DNA of 44,976 nucleotides from Nemertoderma westbladi (taxonomy: Eukaryota > Animalia > Xenacoelomorpha): NCBI GenBank assembly GCA_032718475.1, contig JAUCBJ010000345.1, positions 1-44,976 on the forward strand, in the 5' to 3' direction. The translations under genes and the position numbers were made by a program. This document shows positions 34,528 to 44,976 of the stretch, piece after piece (position 1 is the stretch's first letter; the number at the start of each line of letters is the position of its first letter). Below the pieces are notes generated by a model. The model was given only the letters and a program-made list of their open reading frames with translations. It was not told the origin of the DNA and searched no databases.

Positions 34528-37137
34528 GTGAGTTCAGCACTACTGTACCTGGTGGCAATTTCGTTACAATTTTGAAATATTTGGTTTAGTGTGTTAGCTT
34601 ACTAAAAAAAATTTGTTAAATCGTTCACAGCCGGACAAAAGCTGTTACTATCTAAAGCTTATGTAAATCTTAAAAGATGTTACTATTACTTACTATAATG
34701 TAACAAGGTAGGTAGATTAATCAGACCCTTTGTGACCTTCTCCTGGACTTCTTCCCATTGCAACCAAATAAATGTTGTCTCTATCTGTTAGTTGTTGAAA
34801 CTCACAATAAAAAAAATGATTCCTTATATAACCTGCTTAGTTTAAAACATTAGTCAAGTACTCTATTTAGTTTAATGAAATAATTATTCAATAAATGTAC
34901 TAGTGTAATCAGTTTTTCTATTTGATTTATGTGTGTGTAGTATAGTAGTTACTGTTATATTTTCCAAATACAATAAATTAATGAATTACATTTACTCTAC
35001 ATGTTACGATATATGGCGCTGTGTACTATTACCAGCCAATTATACAGTATAGATATTTAGATAAGCCATAATGACGCGCAATATTATTTAGATAAGGAAG
35101 ATAAAATATCCATATTCGTATATCTTATCCATTTTTGTACAGTATGTAGCCCCACCTATGTCATTTTGTAATAAAATATAAATAAATAATATTTATGCTA
35201 GCAAGTTTCCTATAGAAATCTTGATGCAAGCTTGCTGTTATGGTATTAATAGGATTAATCGTGTATTTGCATTAATTTCCGTTATATTTGCGCTAAATTA
35301 GATTGTATGTACTGTGTTTTTAGTATCGCGAAATTAAGTAACGCAACCATTACCATATATGGTAATAATTTGTGATTCTGGGAGGCATTAGGTTCACAAT
35401 CCGGCTTCTTTATTGGCCTAGCTATTCCAGGTTGGACTAATGGGAGCACGGATTGGGGGAACCAATGAGAGGATTATTGCATTATCCTTGATGAATCACC
35501 TATAAATTGGCTGTATTTCCGGTATGTGCATCTTCTTTGTTATTCCACAATTTTCTATAATCTATCTCTTCTTGCTTTTGGACCCTATTTTTGATTCCTG
35601 CAATAATTCGTAATTATTTGTAATTTCTGATTTAAATTCTTTGCTGTGTTTCTCAATCGATCTTGATGGTTACTGCAAATTACAATTTCGAACTATGATT
35701 TCTACCCTTTGATTAATAGTTCTATGTGATTTAAGATGCGATAATCCCACGGGATTTTCTTTAGACTGTCAGACTGTTTGTGATTGCATGCGCCGCTACG
35801 GTGGCTATTCGTTCTAATGGAGGGCTAAGGTACCGGTAGGCGCAGCGGGCGCACCAGGGGGTAGCGACGAAGGGAGTGCGGAGGATTCAAACGGGCAAAA
35901 CTGGCGGGGGGTCACCGTTGCAGGGGGTTAGTCAGTGTGGACGAGAGGCCGGTATCCGGTACAGTAATAAGGGGCTGATGATCCAGATTTTTTCTCTATT
36001 TGTAGTGTTAGGGGGCAGGATTTGGGTTAGTTAGGAAGCCTATATTGTAGCCGGGAGAGGCCTTTATGTCTTACTGCTTAATTGCTAATTGTAAACTAGA
36101 TCTAATTGTAGGTTTTCAATTGCATACTATACTGATATACTGATACGCTACTGTGTGGTTTTAGTGCACTAGCTGACTGGTACTCAACGCAGTACCGTAT
36201 TATTAGCTGATTGCTACGCTGATTTGTATGTTGCTAAGTGTGCCTGATTCTTGATTGTGAATATTTAGATAGGCGCCCTTTCCCTTGATTGATTTCTATT
36301 TCTTAGTTTACGATAAACAATTGCTGATTAGGTCAAAATAATACGGTATTTAGGCTGTTGCTAGTGTAACCCGGTACGTAATAAATTAGAATTGCGTATT
36401 CTGGAACATTAGTAATTAGTACGCTGTTTCATATTTATGACTGTAATTAATTAGTATTAAATTAAGAATTTGTATGCAGCATAGCGGGGAGTAGTTAAAG
36501 TAATTATTTGGAGTACTATAATATTCATGCTGGGCGGTTATTTGAAAATTGCGGGCAACAAGCTGATAGCAGTATCCAGTATACAGTAGTAAGCTGCTGG
36601 CCTAAAGCCAGCTGAAGGCAAGTTTAGACCCACATACAGTACCGGTCCCGATAGGTCATCTCGTCACCTTTTGAGTTATTTAAACATTCTCACATTCACA
36701 TATTCCGTTCAGTATTGCGATTAGACGACAAATGAATACACTGAGTGTAAGCCTCTAACACTCGTTTTAAGTAGCCTACGGAGCCGTCTTGGGTTTACTG
36801 TTTTGGTTATTCCCGCGTGGCTCATAAATTCGAACAGTTAGCTCTCTATCGAGCGATCGGTAGAGAAAGGAACAAGCGATTTGCAGGAGCCGTATAAAAT
36901 TAGTAAAATATATTAGCGGATGGCAGGTTAGCGCCATCCAGCGGTAAGAAGCAGTTTGGTGTTTTAGCAGTAGTATAGCAGTAATAACGCGCTCCTGATC
37001 GCCCCTGTTTAACACTACATGTTTCCTATAAAATTTAGTAAAGATTCTTTTTAATAAAATTAATTTAATATTGAATAATTATTAATTATTTAATTATCAT
37101 TAATGTATAATTATTATTAAAACAATTTTTTTTATAG

Positions 37138-37324
37138 TAATAAACGATGTCGATCTATTAATCTTAGTCGAAGCGATAATAATAAAATCTGCCAGTTGAA
37201 TGACCAATATGCAGAACTCGCTGACGCAAATGATCTTGTAAGCAGTGAATCATTCGACTACATGGCTGTTGGTGATTATAACACCACAGATGATACCAGC
37301 TTATCTTTGGTCAATAAACTACCT
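37138..37324 (+). CDS. Host gene exon 2: remainder of the PAN/Apple domain
   Basis: Acceptor TTTTTTTATAG and donor CCT|GTAAGT. Phase-compatible splice gives CLSNKRCRSINLSRSDNNKICQLNDQYAELADANDLVSSESFDYM, which completes the C..C....C.S.N...C.LN pattern. Confidence 0.85.
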
Positions 37325-38126
37325 GTAAGTTAAGAAGTACTAATAATGTTTATTCATATATGGTGTTATTGGACTGTGTAAATTAGTATGTTATGATACA
37401 CCCCTATGCAATGTCTGGACTTAATTTGGGCCAGTGGGTGTTCGTTATTAGTATTATTATTATTAGGTTATTATCTTTCGTCTATTCGTAGAAAATATCG
37501 TCGCCATTTATTAAAGTTTATGTTGACCGATGTTGTAATTTAGGAATGCATTAACATACATTAAGTACTAAAAGTTTTAGTAAAATAATATTAAGCTTTT
37601 CTTATTAAAATAATATTAATTAGTGTTGTTGTCAGTCCTTATAAACAATGTTAGCGGATCCATACCGCTGCACGCCACCTACCAGGGGAAGGGGGGTTGA
37701 TTTACGAATCACACCCAATATGATATTGCATACCAAGGAATATGAGGTGATGCAATGCTAGCTGGGAGATGGTTAATAAAACATCTCAGGGGAGAGTCTA
37801 ACATAGGGCCGAGGGAACATGGGGTGACAGAAGTGGGGAAAAACCAACCATTGGGGGGGGGGGGGCACATCTGGCAAGTATAACGTGTATCCATTGGTCA
37901 GTCACCATGTAGGTGGGACTGTGTGTTGGGTTTCCACATAGTATCCATATATCTGTTGGTCTAAATCAATTGTGTTCAGTTGGCTATTAATTACTCTGGA
38001 TGTCGGACAGTTTTCCACCGTCGCCCGTAGTGTCTATTGATTGTGCTATTAATTTGTCTACCGGTATATATACACATATCAGCTATTATTAACATCGATA
38101 AACCAATAACTCTTGTGTTTTACCAG

Positions 38127-38174
38127 CCTATGGCCTTCAACTTTAACAGTGACCATAAACGCAGCGAAGCGTAG
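38127..38174 (+). CDS. Candidate terminal exon 3 (PMAFNFNSDHKRSEA*)
   Basis: Acceptor CTCTTGTGTTTTACCAG, phase 0 as required by exon 2; no homology support. Confidence 0.3.
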   Translation, partial: PMAFNFNSDHKRSEA

Positions 38175-39190
38175 GTATCCACAATATCGATTTACCAGGT
38201 TGGGATGCCCTTGCCTGTCATAAACAACAAGGTTTAGCACATGAAGTGATATATCAATTTGATCAGAAAAGAAAGATAATTATTTTTAATACATTAACAT
38301 CAAAAATATACGGGTATGAAGTGAAAGGAGAAGTGTAATTGGAAGCTGTGGACATTTTAATACCCGAGCAGTTGGGCTACGTCATTATCAGCAAAAGGTG
38401 GAGAAAGAGCATTATCAACTGCGAGGCATCATACAGCACGTCCAACCCAATCTGTGTTAGAACCTCATAATCTTGACTGCAGAGATCAGCCTCAGTACGA
38501 GAGTCAGTATACTCAAGACAAGCAAGCAAATTAATTATTATAATGTGTATATTTTTTATATCTTTGAGAAACCGAGAAATATAGTGCAGTAAAGGGGATG
38601 CATATACCGTAAAAGTTCAAAACCATTTTGATGTACTACAGTCAATGGATAAAGACCAGTCTGCAACTTCTATCTGTCTGAATATAATAAAAGCATATTC
38701 CACAGAAACCTATTCGGCAACAGTATGTATCATGGCAAGATACTGAAATCATATGAAATTTAGAAGATATTAAGATTTCCTCAAGATACAAATTAAATAG
38801 CAACTAAAAGTCAAAGACTTACATGTCAAACCGTAAATTAGGTATCTGATTGGAAAGGAAACTGGAAACGAAGCTGGAAAAGAAGGAGCACCTAAAGCTG
38901 AAAACATGTTGGGAAATTGAAATATCACTTCTGAAACTGATTATCGACGTCAGCCCTACAATTACTACTAGGATCGACATGCTGCATTGCAGCTGCATTT
39001 TTAAGAATGCTGTGCCGGCTTGTCGACAAAATTGCGCCACCAAAAATTCCCTATCACCCATGACATTTGTTACATCATCCGCATCTTCAAGGCCACTGTC
39101 CTTTAACCCTATTACCACTGGGGGGGGGGGCCGAATCGGCCCCTTCCTAGTTTTTAGTTGCTGTAACTATGCAACCACATTACGTACCGG

Positions 39191-40054
39191 TGTAACAGGA
39201 AAATATGCCCCCCCCGGGCAAATTTCCCTAGGAAAAAATGCCCCCCCCCTTAGGAAATTATGCCCCCCCCTGAATTATACAATAAACAAAACTTATTACT
39301 ACTAAAACTTACAAAAATTATACAAAACAATAAACAGTCACTTTACCAAATGAAGGAAAGGAGCAGGTTACAGAGGCAGGCCTTTCTAACCAAAACAATA
39401 AACGATCATTTAACTAATTGAGGGAAAGGAGCAGGTTACAGAGGCGGGATTTTCTAACCAAAACAATAAACAGTCACTTTAGCAAATCAGGGAAAGGAGC
39501 AGGTTACAGAGACGGGATTTTCTAACCAAAACAATAAACGATAACATTACCAATTGAGAAAAAGGAGCAGGTTACAGAGGCGGGATTTTCTAACCAAAAC
39601 AATAAACAATCACTTTACCAAATCAGGGAAAGGAGCAGGTTACAGACTTAAAAAAGCTTGGAGCTGCTCGGCGCCCACACAACACCACACACTCGCACTG
39701 CTGTTATACCAGTAGTTACTACAGTAGCCTACTGACTTAGATACTTCAGTATGCTGTTCTACATCCTTTACTGCCTTACCTGCTTACCTACCGGCAGACC
39801 AGTACCGTACTATTCTTCCAACTATTAGAAGTTCTGCAGTTGGTAGATTAAAAGTGGCTACCAGCAGACCGGTATCGTACCAGTTTTCAGACTTTTGAGG
39901 GGGGCTAATTTTCCTGAGGGGAGGCATTATTTCCTAAGGAGAAAATGCCCCCCCGGGCTAAATTTCCTAGGAAAAATTGCCCGGGGGGACATAATATCCT
40001 AGGAAATAATGCCCCGGGGGGCATATTCTAGGGGGGGCTGATTTCCTTGTGACA
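39191..40054. mobile_element. Non-autonomous Ginger-like DNA transposon
   Basis: TGT...ACA termini, 4-bp TSD CCGG (39187-39190, 40055-40058), imperfect TIRs with GGAAAA.TGCCCCCC sub-repeats. Confidence 0.75.
39324..39646 (+). repeat. ~5 x 68-bp tandem repeat
   Basis: AAAACAATAAAC...GGAAAGGAGCAGGTTACAGAG starting at 39324, 39392, 39460, 39528 and 39596. Confidence 0.92.
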
Positions 40055-40299
40055 CCGGCCCAATTTTTTGTGAGAATTAGCCAAATTTAATGCCGCATCT
40101 TTTGCAAAAAACGCCGTCGCAATTGGATTTCTACTTTTCGATGTGGGTGCCACCTCAAAATTTGGTCTCCAGCACCAAATTTTTTGAAATTTTCGAATTT
40201 TACAAAGTCATTCGTGATTTAGTAATTATTTATGTTTGGGTTATTTTTATTTATTTTTATTGGTTTGGATCACTCTAATGCTCTATACAAGTATGTAAG

Positions 40300-41120
40300 T
40301 GTAGTGGTTTGCCATTTTTGGTGCACCAAAATTAGGGCGTGGCACTTCAAATTTCGAAAAATACGAGATTCGGAAAATACACTAAAGTTTTGATTTGCAA
40401 AGCATTTTTATAGGTTTTCTGGAGCGCTGAATCGATTGAAAGTAATATAGAAGCCTGAAGACTTAGTGGTTCGCCATTTTTGGTGCACCAAAATTAGGGC
40501 GTGGCACTTCAAATTTTGAAAAATACGAGATTCGGAAAATTCACTAATGTTTTGATTTCATATTAATTTTATAGGTTTTCTGGAGCGCTGAATCGATTGA
40601 AAGTAATATAGAAGCCTCAAATCCTTTGTGTACATAATTTTCGGTGCACCAAAATTAGGGCGTGGCACTTCAAATTTTCAAAATTGCTTTATTCGGAAAA
40701 AACACTAAAGTTTTGATTTCAAAAAATGGCAAACTTCTAAGTCTTCAGGCTTCTATATTACTTTCAATCGATTCAGCGGTCTGGAAAACCTATATAAATT
40801 CGTTAAAATTTCAATTTTGGTTTATTTTCCGAATCTTGTATTTTTCAAAATTTGAAGTGCCACGCCCTAATTTTGGTGCACCAAAAATGGCGAACCACTC
40901 AGTCTGCAGGCTTCTATATTACTTTCAATCGATTCAGCGGCCCAGAAAACCCATAAAGATGCGTTGAAATAAAAAAATTAGGGGCATTTTCTGAATATCT
41001 AATTTTTCAAAATTTGAAGTGCCACGCCCACTTCTTAGGTGCACGAAAAATAGCATCCACTTCAATTTTTGGAAGTGGAATATAATCACATTCGATTCAG
41101 CGTCTTGAAAAACCTACTAA
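40300..41120. repeat. ~162-bp units: about 2.5 direct copies followed by about 2.5 inverted copies
   Basis: GGTGCACCAAAATTAGGGCGTGGCACTTCAAAT at about 40320, 40482 and 40643; reverse complement at about 40850 and 41012. Confidence 0.88.
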
Positions 41121-43089
41121 ATCTAGCCAACACTGCCACACTATTAGTTTTTAGAAAACAAAAAATTTTGTAATTTTGTCCTGGGACTACTTTTATTTTT
41201 CATCAAAATTATGAGTCCCTGCTTATGAAATATTAATTTTTTAAGGTTTGGTAGTGTTCATCTATAGTTGTTTCACCAACAGCCCAAATTTTGTAGGATT
41301 TCATTGGACGACTACAAAAATATAGTGGGTAGTCCGAATCGCCCCCCCCCCCCCCCCCCCCCCCCCAGTGGTGCTAATGGTCAAAACACCCCAGTGGTAA
41401 TAGGGTTAAGATGCGTCTCAAGAAAGTCATGGGCTGTCCACCATGTTTATTCACTCCGTGAGGCCGCCAAAGCACAAGATAATGCACTGGCCGGTCCTCA
41501 CGGCGAAAGCAATGTCCTTCATAGCGGAGGCGGCTTTGTTCTAGTGTCAAGCTTGGGGAGACCAATGAGACACCGCCAATGTTATACTGTATAGTGTCTG
41601 ATTGGAGATGCGTGCATTGTACTTGACGCAATGAACCCGGCGTAGCATTCTTGTGGATGTGCCTTCCAGAGATTTGGTGTCCTCAGCAGTTAGAGCCCAG
41701 CATGGACAGCACTACAATAATAACCCTACAAGATGTAGTCGACTTGGGAGAATCGCAATTGCACCAATAACATAACATATAGTGAAATATAAGAACTAAT
41801 TTCTCTATTTCTATGATTTTTCGAACGTCTTTGATATACATATACACCCCTCATGGTGCTTTTACTCCCGATGTAATTGCAGTATTATAATTTAAATAAT
41901 AAGAAAACTTTATTTAGTTATACATTTTGATGCACCATCAAATTGTTGTGTTGTTGTGTTTATAGTAATTAAATTAATTATAATAATTAATATTAATATA
42001 TATAGATCCCGTTATTTAATTAAAATAATATTTAATATAGTTAGTTACAAACAATTTCAATTAATGGCCATATCTAATATTACATTATTCAACAGTGTCT
42101 CTGTAACCACCAGCAACCCGATGGAGAAGACAGTTGCAATCTTCGATATAAAAGCGGTTAGTGGCAAACATAAATAAATTTAATAGATTTATTAATTTAT
42201 TTGGAATAAATATATCAATTAATTTCCACAGTAAAGTAGTTCTAACAAAATACGAATTGATATCTAACTAAAAACGTATGTTGTAAAAAGGGAGCTATTT
42301 AGCAATAATTGGAAAGTGGCAATTTATATATATATGTATATATATAGATGTACAATGCAGCATGTGGTGTCAATGGATTATATGAATAATGGCTTATTGG
42401 TTGCATCATGATATATACATAGTGACACCGTGGCTGCGGCAGGTTGTATTTTGGCTGCAATGTAGCCATATGGTCTTTCTAAAATATCCGCATTCTTTTG
42501 GCTGCAAAAAGCCTGGTTACTACAGTGGCTGCAATTTAAATTTTTGGGTCAATTATTATCTCGATATATACATTTTGGTGAATTATATAGATATTTTGCT
42601 GAATTATATAGATATTCTTGTATAAATAATGGCTTATTGGCTGCCGCTTATTTTCACAACAATGGCTGCATAAAATCTTGAACTAATGTATGTGCTGCAT
42701 TAGGTATTACTGTTATGAGAGAACTGGAAGGGAGAATACTGGAGGAGGGGCCTATAGTAGATGTGTTGTGTATTAGTAAGTCCTTATTGTAAGTCCTAAC
42801 TTAAGATTATTTATATCTGGGTATTCCTGGTCGGGTTATCATTTCCGATGTTAATTATAATAATGATTGAGGGACTGTCATTATTTCTGTCAGTCAAAAA
42901 CGATAATGATAACATACAGTAGTACACCAGCGACCTGAAATTTTTGCTTCTTGGGAATTTCCTCATCTATTTTCCGATGTCCTTTTTAACGTTTTAAAGA
43001 ATATTGATTGTTTGCCAATGTTGATCGCTCTGCCTAACAATCAATAATCTATATAGAGGCACACCTTCGCCCAATGTAAGATTTTATTA

Positions 43090-44976
43090 TGGGGTTTTTC
43101 TTGTAATGGTGATTTAATTTCGATTTTTATTTTTAATCAGTGTTAGTACGGGAACCTTATAAGAATGCTGACAACATTTAGACTCAGCTTAGTATTTCAC
43201 ATCATAATATCCATACTTATACTTTATTACCTCCTACAGTATATTTTGACAATATTGAAGATAAACTTTAACTTTATTGTAGCCTATGAATAGTATGTAT
43301 CTACAATACTACTGTATCTTGCTGTACCTAGATTTTTAACGAAGTGTCATTTTGCTGCAAATTTATTAGCCATGCTTTATACTATTAACATACAAATAGC
43401 TGCAATTTTGAATATTCGAGTTGGCCTATTACTGACCATACAATGCCATGTATAAGAAGTAAAATGGCTGCAACGTTCATTAAATTAATAATTTAGTGAA
43501 AAGTAAATTGGCTGCACATTTTCAATATCTTCATTGTTCAGAGTAACTGTAGCTCCCAACATACTGTGGTGTTAGTGTATAAGGAGCATCAGTGATTGAT
43601 TAGCCAATGTTCATGGTGATTTTGTCATTAATGTACTGATTCTTGAGAGCGGGGAAACTTCAGAAAAATTGGGAAGACATATTTGAACTCAGCTTTCTAC
43701 TGTATTTCACTTCAGAAACAATTTCCCTCCTATTAATTTACATGTAAAAAAACTTTATAGATTTCACTGTTTCAAAGAACTACGCTACAATATCTAAGTT
43801 ATATTTCCTGTACCTAGCGTTTATGATGAAGTTGTCTTTTGGCTGCAAATTCCTAGGCAATTCTATACAATTTAACTTACAAATTGCTGCAATCTTAAAT
43901 AAATCACTTGGCCTCTACAATGCAGTGTAAAAGAAGTAAAATGGCTGCACCGTTCATAAATTAATCATTTATTGAATATTAATGGGGCTGCATTTTTATC
44001 TATATCATCTTTGTAGGTGCGGTATACAAATGGCTTCGATTACTGGATAATTACTTGAGAGCTTACCAGTATACAGATGGTTGCATTACCAACGTAGTAG
44101 TTTTACCGATAATATATATTTTTTTGACCTTTTGCATACTCATGAGGTCCAAAAATATTATTTTTTTTAAAACAGAAAAGATTCCTATGGAGTCATTTCG
44201 CTATACTGATTATTATTATTATTATTCCCGGATTACGCCCCGGTGGCTGTAATTAGTAAAATGGTCTGACGATATGAAATAAAATATACAGACAAGAATT
44301 TACAAAAGTTACAATTATACCATTATTATTAAAATAATACAATTATAATATTATAATACGGCGTAGCTAATGTAAGCTAAGATCTAGAACAGATATATAT
44401 CTAGAATTAAGATCTATATGGGTCTCATTCGAATACAGTGAACATATCTTCAATTGTTTAGCACGAAATCATCCAAATTAACAATTAATAAATTAAGGGA
44501 CATGTATAAACACTTTTTATTAACGTTAAAATGTAGGCACAGTGTACTAGTGTACAGTGTACATGTGTACTAGATTACTGTACTAGTGCTGGGAGAAATA
44601 GTAACTTTAGCGCCTAACATACAGTACAGTACTGTGGTTGTTAGTGTAGGCCTATAGGGATCACCACTGATTTGCCAATGTTCATGGTGAATTTGTCATT
44701 AATGTGTAGTGATTCTTGAGTGCGGGAAACTCTTAGAAAAATTGTGGCAACAGATTTTAACTCATCTTACCATTTCACTTCAGAAACAATGTCCCTCCTA
44801 TTAATTTACAATATATAAAAAAAAAACTTTATATAATTTACTGATTCAATGAACTACGGTACAATATCTAAGTTATATTTCCTGTACCTAGTGTTTATGA
44901 AGAAGTTGTCTTTTGGCTGCAAATTCATAGGCAATTCTATACAATTTAACTTACAAATTGCTGCAATCTTAAATAA
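43090..44976 (+). repeat. Diverged ~450-bp repeat, three copies (~43090-43540, 43562-44000, 44631-end)
   Basis: Shared blocks GCCAATGTTCATGGTGA, TTTCACTTCAGAAACAAT, CTGTACCTAG, GCTGCAAATT, AGAAGTAAAATGGCTGCA; the first copy is the most degenerate. Confidence 0.75.

Larger units (their letters stand above)
39107..41405. mobile_element. Non-autonomous piggyBac-type element
   Basis: TTAA TSD (39103-39106, 41406-41409); 17-bp TIR CCCTATTACCACTGGGG; no transposase. Confidence 0.92.
38963..41711 (-). mobile_element. 5'-truncated RTE-type LINE (copy 4) split by a piggyBac-type MITE
   Basis: LINE sequence at 38963-39106 resumes at 41406-41707; TSD CTACAAT at 38956-38962 and 41712-41718. Confidence 0.9.

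Noticed and set aside
38850-39305. 151-aa ORF
   Set aside because: It crosses unique DNA, an antisense LINE tail and two MITE termini, so it is a composite artefact.

Overview
AT-rich eukaryotic (animal-like) genomic DNA made mostly of nested transposable elements. The main structure is a 29.4-kb Foldback/Mutator-like element (4724-34082; inverted arrays of a 10-bp repeat, 9-bp TSD ATTACAATG). It contains an RTE-type LINE, which contains a decayed minus-strand BEL/Pao LTR retrotransposon (6413-32127). That element's gag is split by a young 11.9-kb non-autonomous BEL/Pao element (18049-29956; 1190-bp near-identical LTRs, TSD TCTTT). The young element keeps Gag-protease, has lost RT, RNase H and the integrase core by in-frame deletions, and has no tRNA-type PBS. 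Instead, the 12 nt directly after its 5' LTR are the exact reverse complement of a 12-mer inside the LTR, which suggests Tf1-like self-priming. To the left lie a tRNA-like Pol III unit, a MULE-transposase remnant with 49-bp subterminal arrays (interrupted by a LINE) and a possible piggyBac N-terminal fragment. To the right lie a spliced host gene encoding a secreted PAN/Apple-domain protein, a second stack (LINE > piggyBac-type MITE > Ginger-like MITE) and diverged ~450-bp repeats. All alignments and family assignments were made by eye, without database searches.
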